DNA from: an uncultured Phycisphaerales bacterium
Lineage (GTDB): Bacteria; Planctomycetota; Phycisphaerae; Tepidisphaerales; Tepidisphaeraceae
Length of the DNA: 64,000 bases
Assembly: GCA_963755915.1 (NCBI GenBank)
Contig: CAVWLP010000002.1
Span: 3,296,001 to 3,360,000, forward strand
Direction: 5' to 3'
Shown: positions 1-9,975 of the stretch, piece after piece
How positions within the stretch are numbered: position 1 is the first letter of the stretch
Layout: each line of letters begins with the position of its first letter
Made by a program: the position numbers and the translations under genes
The notes under the pieces: generated by a model
The model's database searches: none
Seen by the model: only the letters and a program-made list of their open reading frames with translations
What the model was told of the DNA's origin: nothing

Positions 1-638
1 CAGGTCATCCCTCCTTCGTCCGACCTCGCCGCCAGCACAATGATCATCACTTGGCGCGAGACCTTGAGCTATGCCCGTCGCGCAGGGGTTTGCGCAGGCA
101 GTCGCGTGCTCGTTATCGGCTCCGGCGGAACTGGCCTGGCCTTTGTCGCACACTGCAGGAATCTTGGCGCAACGGAGATCGCTTGCCTTGGAAGCCGGTC
201 GCGGGAATCAAGCGCGATTGCCGCCGGAGCCGGCCATTTCTTTGCCTACGATGCGCCTGCCGTGGAAGATATGATCGAACGATCGTGCGGCCAATTCGAC
301 TTCATCATCGACTCTCTCGGCAAAGCCGGACAACTCAATCGCGTTTTGCCACTGCTTGCGCCTGGGGGCACGATTGCCGTGTACGGTTTGGATGACTTTG
401 ATGCGATCGCGATCAATCCTCTTCGCGCAAAGGGACTTTCACCGTCTACGGAGGCGGCTACGACGAAGAAGAGGCTCACGATGAAGTCATCGCAAATATC
501 GTCGGCGGAAATTTGGACGCGCGCATTTGGCTCGACCTAGATCATCCGTTCGAGCTCGAAAATATAGGCGAAGCCATGGCAGCCGTCCGACAGCGCAAAT
601 GCATCAAAGCGCTGGTTCGGTTGAGCGATGGGCCTTAA
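1..638 (+). CDS. Zn-dependent alcohol dehydrogenase / MDR family oxidoreductase, C-terminal part (5'-partial; frameshift near 430)
   Basis: Rossmann motif VLVIGSGGTGL and FDFIIDSLG in ORF 40..540. After a frame change near 430 the reading continues FTVYGGGYDEE...HPFELENIGEAMAAVRQRKCIKALVRLSDGP* to TAA at 636-638, a typical MDR C-terminus. Confidence 0.75.
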
Positions 639-656
639 CTGTAATGCGGAGACCTA

Positions 657-1433
657 ATGGGAATACTTGATTCTTTTCGACTTACCGGGAAGGTGGCCCT
701 CGTTACCGGTGGCGCCGGACTCTTTGGCCGTCAGATTGTTCGGGCCGTTGCCGAAGCGGGCGCCAAAGTCTTCGTCGCCAGCCGCGACCTCGCTAAGTTG
801 AAGCGGCAGGCAGAAGACTTAACCGCCGAAGGGTTGGATGTAACCGCACTCAGCCTCGATCAGGCATCCGAGGACTCCGTTCATAATCTTCTGGCTGAAA
901 TCCTCAAACCCGCCGGGAAAATCGACATCCTCGTCAACAACGCGGTCCTCCGCACCATGCGAGGCTGGTCCTCAGAATCGCACAAGTTTGCCCAAAGCAT
1001 GGCCGTCAACGCGACCGGATTGTTCATAATGACGCGAACCTTCGGCGATCACATGGCCAAGCAGGGCGGCGGCAGCATCATCAACGTCGGCTCCATCCAG
1101 GGCTGCATAGGGCCCGACCTCACCCTCTACGAAGGTCTCGACCTGGAAACACCGCCGGACTACTTCTTCCACAAGGGCGGCTTGCTCCAGCTCACCCGAT
1201 ACGCCGCCGCCAAACTCGGGCCCAGTGGTGTTCGGGTGAACGCAATCAGTCCCGGCGGATTCCTGTACGGGCAGAGCGACGCCTTTGTCCAGCGCTATGC
1301 CGCCCGCACATTCCTGGGACGAATGGCCAATGAAACCGATCTCGCCGGGATCATCGTTTTTCTTGCCTCCGATGCGTCCGCTTATATCACCGGCGCCAAT
1401 ATCCCCGTTGATGGTGGCTACACTGCCAAGTGA
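657..1433 (+). CDS. Short-chain dehydrogenase/reductase (SDR) family oxidoreductase
   Basis: TGGAGLFG NAD-binding motif, ILVNNA, YxxxK (YFFHK), VRVNAISPGG and the C-terminal YITGANIPVDGG. Confidence 0.95.
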   Translation: MGILDSFRLTGKVALVTGGAGLFGRQIVRAVAEAGAKVFVASRDLAKLKRQAEDLTAEGLDVTALSLDQASEDSVHNLLAEILKPAGKIDILVNNAVLRTMRGWSSESHKFAQSMAVNATGLFIMTRTFGDHMAKQGGGSIINVGSIQGCIGPDLTLYEGLDLETPPDYFFHKGGLLQLTRYAAAKLGPSGVRVNAISPGGFLYGQSDAFVQRYAARTFLGRMANETDLAGIIVFLASDASAYITGANIPVDGGYTAK

Positions 1434-1834
1434 CTTCGGCGAAATCACGATATCCCCGATGTTTTATTCCAACTCTTCGAAAGGAAACAATGGACGGCGC
1501 CTACGGTCGCCTGCGCCGAGTTTGATCGTATGCTTTCGGAATACCTTAAAGCGGTTCGCCTAATCGAGCGGCAACGTTGACTTTTCCGCCTTTTGAAGTC
1601 AGGTAGGAAACTCTAAGGTGGCGGTATCTGAAGTGCACTTCATATATTGCTCACGTTGCGCGGTGCAAATTCCGCGCACTATGCCCCAATTTCACGTCAT
1701 TAGAGTGACCGATACGCAAACTGTCAGGCATCACTTAAATCACGCCACGTAACATCACTTCAAATGCCGCCATTTTGGAGAGGCGCAGATTCGGTCCGTA
1801 AGCTTCCCGGCTGCTCGCCGGTGGGAGCTTGCGG

Positions 1835-3487
1835 ATGTCGAATCGGCTCACAATGGCGGAACATCAGACAATCTTGGGACTTGCGCGACTGAACTGGTCG
1901 TATCGCCGGATCGCCGCGGAACTGGGCATCGACCGGGAGACGGTCTCTCGTCACATTAAATCCGCGGTGATCGAACCACCCGGTGCAGGTCCGCCGGATC
2001 CAGATGCCGCCATTCTGATTGCCGGGTCCGAGGTCAGATCGGAGGCAAATGCCACCATTCCGATGACCGGGTCAATGCACGGCGAGGCGGAATCTGTCGG
2101 TTCAAATGCCGCCATTTCGATTACCGGGTTTTCCGGCCGTCACAGCCAGTGCGAGCCATGGCGCACCGTCATCCTTCAGGGTCTTGAGCAAGGCCTGACG
2201 GCCAAGCGTATCTGGCAGGACTTGGCTGCCGATCATGGCTTCGACGGTCCTTACCAACCGGTCCAGCGATTTGTCCAGCGGCTCAACCGTGCCGGAACCA
2301 ACGGATTGCCCTATCGGCGAATGGAATGCGCCCCCGGCGCCGAGGCCCAGGTGGACTTCGGCAAGGGCGCGCCCCTCGTCACACCCGACGGCAAACGAAC
2401 CCGTCCCCACCTGTTCCGCATCGTGCTGAGCTGCTCGCGCAAAGCCTACAGCGAAGTGACGCCCCGGCAGACCACCGAGCAGTTCATCCGCTGCATCGAA
2501 AACGCCTTCATTCACTTCGGCGGTGTTCCCAGAACTCTGGTGATCGACAATCTCAAAGCGGCCGTCACCCATGCCGACTGGTACGATCCCGATCTGAATC
2601 CCAAGATTCAGGAGTTCGCGCGTCACTACGGCACCGTCATTTTGCCGACGCGCCCAAGGACGCCACGGCACAAGGGAAAGATCGAACGCGGCGTCGGATA
2701 CGCCCAGGGGAATGCTCTCAAGGCCCGAACCTTCAAGAGCCTTTCCGAGCAGAACCAATTCCTGGCCGAATGGGAATCGACCATCGCCGACACGCGCATT
2801 CATGGCACCACGCGCAAGCAGGTGGCGAGGATGTTCGCGGAAGTGGAGAAGCCGGCGCTATTGCCTCTTCCGCCGGGACGGTTCCCCTGTTTTCAGGAAG
2901 CCCAGCGGATCGTCAACCGTGATGGCCACGTGGAGGTGGCCAAGGCGTATTACTCGGCGCCGCCGGAGTTCCTCGGCCGGACCATCTGGGCGCGCTGGGA
3001 CGGGCACGTCGTCCGGCTCTTTGATTCTCAGCTTCGGCAGGTTGCCATCCACGTTCAGCACGAGCCGGGACGCTTCGCCACCGATGATCGTCACATCGTT
3101 CCCGAGAAGCGCGGCGGGATCGAACGCGGCGCGGCCTGGTGGATGAACAAGGCCAGCGCCATCGGTCCCCACGCCGGCCAATGGGCTGAAAATGTCCTGA
3201 ATTGCCGGGGGATTCACGCCTTGCGCGTGGTGATGGGGCTGGTCAGTCTCACGCATCGCCATCCCGCCAAAATGATCGAACAGGCCTGTCAGGTGGCTCA
3301 AGGGCACGGCACCCATCGGCTGCGCGACATCCGCAATCTGCTGAAACGATCGGAATCCGCCGCGCAACAGCAACAGTTCGAGTTCGTCGCCGAGCATCCC
3401 CTGATCCGGTCGCTTTCGGATTACTCCCAACTGGTCCATGACGCTTTCGATAACACCCCCGTGGAGGCAAAGCCTCCACTTTTTTGA
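1835..3487 (+). CDS. istA: IS21-family DDE transposase IstA
   Basis: N-terminal HTH (SYRRIAAELGIDRETVSRHI), AQVDFG, LVIDNLKAAV, KGKIERGVGY. Start placed at ATG 1835; the ORF track uses 1829. Confidence 0.95.
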   Translation: MSNRLTMAEHQTILGLARLNWSYRRIAAELGIDRETVSRHIKSAVIEPPGAGPPDPDAAILIAGSEVRSEANATIPMTGSMHGEAESVGSNAAISITGFSGRHSQCEPWRTVILQGLEQGLTAKRIWQDLAADHGFDGPYQPVQRFVQRLNRAGTNGLPYRRMECAPGAEAQVDFGKGAPLVTPDGKRTRPHLFRIVLSCSRKAYSEVTPRQTTEQFIRCIENAFIHFGGVPRTLVIDNLKAAVTHADWYDPDLNPKIQEFARHYGTVILPTRPRTPRHKGKIERGVGYAQGNALKARTFKSLSEQNQFLAEWESTIADTRIHGTTRKQVARMFAEVEKPALLPLPPGRFPCFQEAQRIVNRDGHVEVAKAYYSAPPEFLGRTIWARWDGHVVRLFDSQLRQVAIHVQHEPGRFATDDRHIVPEKRGGIERGAAWWMNKASAIGPHAGQWAENVLNCRGIHALRVVMGLVSLTHRHPAKMIEQACQVAQGHGTHRLRDIRNLLKRSESAAQQQQFEFVAEHPLIRSLSDYSQLVHDAFDNTPVEAKPPLF

Positions 3488-3497
3488 AAGGAGATTT

Positions 3498-4409
3498 ATG
3501 AACGAATCGTTACGAACCGCCCTGACCCGCCTTCGGCTTTCGGGCTTGGCCTCCACCTTGGACGTGCGCTTGCAGGAAGCCGCCGGCCATCAGCTTTCCC
3601 ACGGCGAGTTTTTGGAACTGGTGCTTCAGGATGAATTGCTCATTCGCAATGAACGCCTGATCGCCCGGCGCGTCAAGATCGCGGGCTTTCGGGAACTCAA
3701 GACCCTCGACGAGTTCGACTTTTCCTTCAACTCGTCGGTCAAACGCAAGCAGATCTTCGAGCTGGCAACCGGCCGGTTCATCCGCGAGGCGCGGGATGTC
3801 TTGCTGATCGGGCCGCCGGGTCTGGGAAAAAGTCACATCGCCCAGGCACTGGGATACCAAGCCATCAAGAACGGATCGGTCGTGCTTTACCGCTCGATCT
3901 TCGACGTGGTGCGCGACTTCCTGCACGATGAGGCCCTCAACCAGCAGGACAAAATCATGGAGCGGTATCTCCGGCCCGATCTGCTCATCATCGACGATAT
4001 GGGCATGAAGCAATTGCCCAAACGCTCCGGCGAATATCTCTTCGAGATCATCATGCGGCGTTACCAGGTTCGCTCCACCATGATGACCAGCAACCGGCCG
4101 CTCGAAGACTGGGGCAAATTGATCGGCGACGTACCGGCCGCCACGGCAATCCTCGATCGCTTCCTGCACAACGCCGAGGTGATCGCGATCACCGGCAGAA
4201 GCTATCGGTTGCGAGACCGTGCCGCGGAGGCGAAGCCTACCGCTGAAAGCATCGAATCCACCAAACCGCGAGGACGCCGGAGTACCGGCGGCGATGAAGG
4301 GCTTTCCCCTCCGGAAGACACCGATGCCAGAAAGCCATTGTCTTCTGGCGTGGGGGTTCAGCCTGCCGAAGCGGCCTCGCCGGTAGTCAACAACTCGGCG
4401 TCAATTTGA
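3498..4409 (+). CDS. istB: IS21-family AAA+ helper ATPase IstB
   Basis: Walker A GPPGLGKS, Walker B LLIIDDMG, TSNRP and AILDRFLH. SD GAAAGGAG precedes ATG 3498. Confidence 0.95.
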   Translation: MNESLRTALTRLRLSGLASTLDVRLQEAAGHQLSHGEFLELVLQDELLIRNERLIARRVKIAGFRELKTLDEFDFSFNSSVKRKQIFELATGRFIREARDVLLIGPPGLGKSHIAQALGYQAIKNGSVVLYRSIFDVVRDFLHDEALNQQDKIMERYLRPDLLIIDDMGMKQLPKRSGEYLFEIIMRRYQVRSTMMTSNRPLEDWGKLIGDVPAATAILDRFLHNAEVIAITGRSYRLRDRAAEAKPTAESIESTKPRGRRSTGGDEGLSPPEDTDARKPLSSGVGVQPAEAASPVVNNSASI

Positions 4410-4720
4410 AATGGGACGGTCGATTGCGATATATCGGACGTGGTGGCATTTGATCCGATGATCGGTGGTGGCATTTGAAGTGATGACTGACACAAACCGC
4501 GCCTTGTTTCTGATATGATCCGACGGCACACTGCAGGGGCATGAAAGATCACACCATCGGGGAATCGGGTCTTGGCGCCGTTCGCCATCGCGGTGATTTA
4601 TATGCCGGCCCGTTGGCCCGTCTGAAATGCCAGCTCGCGCAAGATGTGTTGTGGATTATTTCGTGACCGATAACGGTCGAAGCCTAATCAAGTGAGGTTT
4701 GCGTGCTTCACAAATTCGTC

Positions 4721-4879
4721 TTGAACGTCCACATCTACGAAGACGACGTGACACGTACCATGCAGGCGGGCTTCAACGATCACCTGACCAAGCCAATCAA
4801 CTTTGTTCGTCTGGAGCAGACCATTCAGCGTGCGTGCAAAAGGCAAGATAGGGTGGACAGCGCTCGCACGCTACATTAG
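4721..4879 (+). pseudogene. Fragment of a receiver (REC) domain C-terminus
   Basis: Manual translation gives YEDDVTRTMQAGFNDHLTKPINFVRLEQTIQR, matching the AGFxxHLxKP end of REC domains. The N-terminal phosphoacceptor half is absent. Confidence 0.6.
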
Positions 4880-5150
4880 CCGCTGTCGGTGCGCTCCGTT
4901 GGATTTCGCCTGGCACGCGCTATAAGTCGCAAAGAAGCATCGGCATCACGGATCTGCCGATATTAGCAGGAAGTTTTTTTGATTTTAGCATTGATTACTT
5001 ACCTGCAGAAGGCGCAGATCCGGCTCACTGTCACGGGGTGCGCCAAAACCAGCCAGGGCGGGGCGCTTCAAAACCGGCCAATGTGCTGACGTATTCTATA
5101 CCGCATCCGTTCTATCCGACGCAACTGTTCCTTGAGTTATTGGTCCCCGT

Positions 5151-6041
5151 TCACGCCGTCTGGCCGGCGGATACCCCCACATCAGAAGACAACGGCGGCT
5201 CTGTCACGGTGTCTTCCGGGGGGGAGCACCCTTCATCGCCGGCGGTACTCCGCCGTCCTTTTGGATTTGTCTTTTCCGGTGTCCCGGATTGGCCTGCCGT
5301 GAGCGAAGTCGAATGGCCCCCATGCCGAAGGCGGTAGCTCTTGCCGGTGATGTTGATGATCGTGGCGTGCTGCAGGAACCGATCCAGAATGGCCGTGGCC
5401 GCCGGCACGTCGCCGATCAGCTTGGCCCAGTCCTCCAGTGGACGGTTGCTGGTCATCATCGTCGAGCGGTTCTCGTGCCGGCGCATGACGATCTCCAGCA
5501 GGCATTCGCCGCTGCGCCGCGGAAGCTGCTTCATTCCCATGTCGTCGATGATAAGCAGATCAGGCTTGAGATACCGGGCCAGCGTCTTGTCCTGGGCTCC
5601 CAGATCCTCGTCGCCTAAAAAGTCGCGGGCCAGGTCGAAGATGGATCGGTACAGGACCACCAAGCCGCTCTTGATCGCCTGGTGTCCGATGGCCTGGGCC
5701 AAAAACGATTTGCCCACGCCGGGCGGACCCAGCAAGAGCACGTCACGTTTGTCACGAATGAACTGGCCGGCGGCCAGATCGTGAATCTGTTTGCGTTTGA
5801 TGGAGGTGTTGAAGGAGAAGTCGAACTCGTCGAGGTTTTTGGTGTCGCGGAACATCGCCGCCTTGACGCGCCGGCCGATCTGCCGGCTGGATCGGACGTT
5901 CAGTTCATCCTGAAGGATCAGTTCCAAAAACTCACTGTGGTCGAGCCGATTGCCGGCCGCCTCGCTCAGGCGAACTTCAAGGCTGCTCGCCAGACCTGAA
6001 AGCCGAAGTTGCTTGAGCGTCTGCATCAACGAAGGTCTCAT
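5151..6041 (-). CDS. istB: IS21-family ATPase IstB
   Basis: GPPGVGKS and LLIIDDMG; clearly homologous to IstB at 3498..4409. Confidence 0.95.
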   Translation of the reverse strand: MRPSLMQTLKQLRLSGLASSLEVRLSEAAGNRLDHSEFLELILQDELNVRSSRQIGRRVKAAMFRDTKNLDEFDFSFNTSIKRKQIHDLAAGQFIRDKRDVLLLGPPGVGKSFLAQAIGHQAIKSGLVVLYRSIFDLARDFLGDEDLGAQDKTLARYLKPDLLIIDDMGMKQLPRRSGECLLEIVMRRHENRSTMMTSNRPLEDWAKLIGDVPAATAILDRFLQHATIINITGKSYRLRHGGHSTSLTAGQSGTPEKTNPKGRRSTAGDEGCSPPEDTVTEPPLSSDVGVSAGQTA

Positions 6042-7745
6042 GGGGTGGACTCCCTTCGGCTCTGCTCAGGGCAGGCCTGTAAAGGTTGTGCGGCAGGCAA
6101 AGCCTCCGCTTGGGTGATTGCGTCGCGTACGAACTGTCCGTAATCGGCCAGTCCGCGGATGATTGGATGTTCCTGAACAAACTCGAAGTGTTGTTGAACC
6201 GGCGCGCCGTTTTGGTGTTCGATGAGCTGCCGCAGGGAGCGCAGGTGATACGCGCCATGCCCCAGAGCAATCTCGCAGGCTCGTTCCACGGCCGGTCGCG
6301 GCTGCTGATTGGCCAGCGACAGCAGCCCCATCAACACGCGCACGCCTTCGATGCCGCGATGCTGAAGCATTGACTGCGCCCACTGCGTGGCGTGCGGCCC
6401 GATGCATTCGATCCGCTGGAGAAGCCAGGTCGTTCCACGCTCGATGCCGCTGATCTTCTCCGGCAGGATATGGGCGTCTTGCGTCGAGAACCTGCCCGGC
6501 GGACGCTGCGCGTGCAGAGCGATCGCACGCATCTTCTGATCGAACAGCCGGACCGTGCGCCGTCCCACCGCGCCCAGACCCGCTGGCCCAAAAACTCCGG
6601 CGGGACCGAATAGTACGCCCCCTTGATCTCCACGTGCCCGTCGCGGTGAACACTGCGCAACGCCTCGGTGAAAAGATCGAATCGCACCGGCGGCAGAGCC
6701 AACAGTGCCGGCTTCTCTACCTGCTCGAAGACTTCCTTCACCTGCCGCCGCGTCGTGCCGTGGATGCGCGTGTCGGCCACGCTCTTCTCCCACGTCAGCA
6801 GATGCGCGTTCTGATCCGAGAGCGAGGCGAATTGCCGGCCTTTGAGAGCATTGCTCTTCACATAGCCGATGCCCCGCTCGATCTTCCCCTTGTGCCGCGG
6901 CGTGTACGGCTTGGTGGGCAGAATGGCGATTCCATAATGTTCGGCGAACGACCGGACCTTGGGACACAACTCCGCCTCGAACCAGTCCGCCCGCGTCACC
7001 GCCGCGCGAAGATTGTCGATCACCAGCGCTGACGGCATCCCGCCGAAGTGCGTAAAGGCATTTTCCAGACAACGCAGAAAATCATCGGTCGTCTGCCGCT
7101 CCACCGCCTCGGCGTACCCCTTGCGGCTGTGGCTCAGCACAATGCGGAAGACCCAGGTTGCTTTGCGTTTGCCGTCAGGACCGACCAGGGCGCACCCCGG
7201 CCGAAGTCCACCTGCGCCTCGGCTCCCGGCTCGCATTCCATCCGGCGAAAGGGCGCCGGCGCGGCAGCCGAGAGCTTCTTGATGAACCGGCGCACGCTGT
7301 AATAGCTGCCGGCATAGCCGTGATCGCTGGAGATGTCTTGATAAATCCGCTGGGCCGTCAGCCCGGCTTCCAACTTCTGAACAATGACCTCACGCCAGGG
7401 CGATGCCGTACTGACCGACCCGATGGGCGCGCCGGATAACCCGGTGGGCGCGCTCTCCGAGCCGCCTGCGGCGAGCACCGTCGAGCCGCCTGCGGCGAGC
7501 ACCGTCGAGCCGCCTGCGGCGAGCACCGTCGAGCCGCCTGCGGCGAGCACCGTCGAGCCGAGGGGCGCGCTGGCCGGTTTTGAATCCGATCCGGGCGCCG
7601 CAGGATCGCCGCCCGACAACCGGATGTGGCGTCCAACGGTCTCCCGGTGAACGCCGAGTTGGCGGGCGATGTTCCGATTGGACCAGCCGCTGCGCACAAG
7701 TGCCAAAATTGCTTGTACTTCCGCCATCTTGAGTTGATTGGCCAT
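6038..7745 (-). CDS. istA: IS21-family transposase IstA, split by two frameshifts (~7200, ~6560)
   Basis: Three ORF pieces (7134..7766, 6331..7236, 6038..7072) join into a full IstA: HTH, AQVDFG, LVIDNLRAAV, KGKIERGIGY and a C-terminus similar to type A. Confidence 0.88.
7459..7560. repeat. 24-bp tandem repeat x4 (GAGCCGCCTGCGGCGAGCACCGTC) inside istA, encoding GSTVLAAG repeats
   Basis: Four exact units plus a partial GAGCCG, read directly from the sequence. Confidence 0.95.
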
Positions 7746-7884
7746 CCCACCATTGGCTTGCGGCAACCGCCGAAAGCCAAGGTCGATAACCCAATCTCCT
7801 GTGCCTCAAAATGGCCGGTTTTGGCGCGCCCTCAATTGGCCGGTTTTGCGCCCCATGACAGCTCACCAGACCCCTTAGAGTTTC

Positions 7885-8340
7885 CTACTTGTCTTCAAAA
7901 GGCGGAAAAGCCGGAAGCTCGCCGGCGAGGTGCACGGCGATCAGCTCAAGCAACTGAATCGGATCGACAGGCTTCAACAGGAGCGGCGGAAGCTGGCGCG
8001 AGGGGAGCTGACGGATGTGTTCCTGGATTTCGTCGATGGGCATTCCTGAAAGCAGGATCACGGGCAATCCCGAGCGATTTTTTTGCAGGTACGTCAGCAC
8101 ATGAAAGCCATCCTTGCCGGGCATTTGCAGATCGAGGATCAGGAGGTCGATTGGGCGGTGCTGGAGGAGCTCGACGGCGGACTCGGCATCCGTGGAGACC
8201 TCGACGGTGTAGCCGTTGCCGCGCAAGTAATGGGCGACGGCGAGGCTTTCAATGGGGGAATCGTCGCAGACAAGCAGGCGCCAGGTGCGACCGATTGGCG
8301 GCTCAGGCGGAGGCGCACTTGTGTCGTCCCCTAAATTCAC
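7885..8340 (-). CDS. Single-domain response regulator (REC)
   Basis: LLVCDD, phosphoacceptor LLILDLQMP, PVILLSG and LLKPVD. Confidence 0.85.
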   Translation of the reverse strand: MNLGDDTSAPPPEPPIGRTWRLLVCDDSPIESLAVAHYLRGNGYTVEVSTDAESAVELLQHRPIDLLILDLQMPGKDGFHVLTYLQKNRSGLPVILLSGMPIDEIQEHIRQLPSRQLPPLLLKPVDPIQLLELIAVHLAGELPAFPPFEDK

Positions 8341-8542
8341 AATAACCTAGGTTATCTCGCCATAGCGAAGCACCGCAATCGCAAAAATGTGCGTGGGGCC
8401 ACCGCTGCGTTCGCTGGATTCAGATATGATTCGAAATTGGGAAGCCAGTTGATCGCATTTGCCGCAGAGAAAGCACCGCGAAATATATGTTCGCAGAGTT
8501 CATTCCCGTCGTGGTACCCTCCCGACGAAAGCGAGCACGATT

Positions 8543-9358
8543 ATGTACATAAAAGTGGGCTATGAGCTGATCTATGACTGCCCCCAGCCGACGCCAATGC
8601 TGCTAATGCTCAACATCCATTACAGCCATGCCCAAGAAATCGTCACGCCGGATTATCTGGTCTTCAATCCCATCGTGGAGACTACAGCCTACCGAGACGG
8701 GTACGGCAACTGGTGCCACAGGCTCGAATTGCCTCGCGGCCGCACAACCATCAGCACTTTAGCAACGGTGCGCTCGACCGGGATCCCTGATCCGGTCGTG
8801 CCGGCAGCCCAGCAGCATCCGATTTCAGAGTTGCCCGAAGAGGCGCTCGTTTATCTTCTGGCGAGCCGGTATTGCGAGACAGATCTTTTGACGGCAACCG
8901 CATGGAATCAGTTTGGGAATACGCCGCTTGGTTGGCCTCGGCTGCAAGCGATCTGCGATTTTGTACACAACCATATCCGATTCGACTACTCGCAGGCCCG
9001 GGCAACCCGGACAGCGACGGAGGCGTTCAACGAACGGGTCGGCGTGTGCCGGGACTTTGCCCATCTAGCGATCGCGCTTTGCCGGTGCATGAACATTCCG
9101 GCTCGCTATTGCACGGGGTATCTCGGTGACATTGGCATGCCGCCGCCTTATGGTCCTATGGATTTTGCGGCCTGGTTTGAGGCGTTCCTCGGCGGCCAGT
9201 GGTATATCTTCGATCCGCGTAACAACATGCCGCGGATCGGTCGAATACTGATCGCTCGCGGACGGGATGCGGTGGATGTGGCGATTAGCACCACGTTTGG
9301 CCCCACCACACTCGTGGGGTTCACGGTGATATGCGACGAAGTGGAAAAACCGAATTGA
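8543..9358 (+). CDS. Transglutaminase-like family protein
   Basis: YLLASRYCETD, GVCRDFAHLAIALCRCMNIPARYCTGYL, FDPRNN and GRDAVDV. Start set at ATG 8543 (MYIKVGYEL). Confidence 0.9.
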   Translation: MYIKVGYELIYDCPQPTPMLLMLNIHYSHAQEIVTPDYLVFNPIVETTAYRDGYGNWCHRLELPRGRTTISTLATVRSTGIPDPVVPAAQQHPISELPEEALVYLLASRYCETDLLTATAWNQFGNTPLGWPRLQAICDFVHNHIRFDYSQARATRTATEAFNERVGVCRDFAHLAIALCRCMNIPARYCTGYLGDIGMPPPYGPMDFAAWFEAFLGGQWYIFDPRNNMPRIGRILIARGRDAVDVAISTTFGPTTLVGFTVICDEVEKPN

Positions 9359-9668
9359 TCGGGCGACGAGGAAACGCCATCCGAACAAGCAGGCACATGA
9401 CCCACGATGCTCTCGATTTTGAAAGCGGGCTTTCCGACCCGGATAAGCAGAATTGTCAGGCGGAATTTCTCTTCTGAGAACGATCTTCGCAAACGAACGC
9501 CAAAGACATTGGGGGATGGGACAAACAAAAAGCCGGCCGAGCCGGCACCTTACGGTTGGAACGATTTCATTGCGCCGGCAGGGTTACCGTGGCAAGCTAT
9601 ACGTGAAGCCAGACCCCTTATTAAGCTGTTCGGGGTCTGGTTTCGTTTTGGCTAGGAGGTTGAGAATT

Positions 9669-9696
9669 AAAAAAAAGCCCGCAGAGATGCGAGCTT
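9669..9696 (-). terminator. Rho-independent terminator for the minus-strand small gene
   Basis: Minus strand reads AAGCTCGCA-TCTC-TGCGGGCTT followed by a T-run, 12 nt after the stop at 9709. Confidence 0.7.
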
Positions 9697-9708
9697 GACG
9701 GGCAGGAA

Positions 9709-9975
9709 TTAGGCCTTAATGACGCCGATGGCGATCCGGCCGCCATCCATCGGCGAAAGAATGAGACGGGTGTTACCTGGACCACCTTCGTGAGACGAGG
9801 ATCTGACGAGCACCATGTTCGGGACTTGGTGGCCCAGATCGATATGAATGCGGCCTAATTCCGTCACGATGTCGATCGCATCGAGATCGTTCGGTAATTC
9901 GACCCCCATCCGTCCCTGGCACCTTCGATACGTAAAGGTTTCGGCATATGTTCCTTTCGATGAGTCTGGGGTCAT
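9709..9975 (-). CDS. Small hypothetical protein (~80 aa)
   Basis: Protein-like beta-rich sequence with a terminator directly downstream. SD GAAAGGA precedes an out-of-frame ATG at ~9947, so the true start may be there with a 1-nt error. Confidence 0.5.
   Translation of the reverse strand: MTPDSSKGTYAETFTYRRCQGRMGVELPNDLDAIDIVTELGRIHIDLGHQVPNMVLVRSSSHEGGPGNTRLILSPMDGGRIAIGVIKA

Larger units (their letters stand above)
1722..4492 (+). mobile_element. IS21-family insertion sequence, type A, copy 1 (2771 bp)
   Basis: Ends TGTCAG...CTGACA, subterminal repeats (T)TCAAATGCC(G/A)CC at both ends, 5-bp target duplication CAAAC (1717-1721 and 4493-4497); encodes istA and istB. Confidence 0.95.
5029..7860 (-). 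mobile_element. IS21-family insertion sequence, type B (2832 bp)
   Basis: Ends TGTCACGGGG...CCCCATGACA, repeated CAAAACC(A/G)GCCA motifs near both ends, 6-bp target duplication GCTCAC (5023-5028 and 7861-7866). Confidence 0.93.

Noticed and set aside
7459-7560. CRISPR-like array
   Set aside because: Contiguous tandem units with no spacers, inside a coding sequence, and no cas genes in the window.
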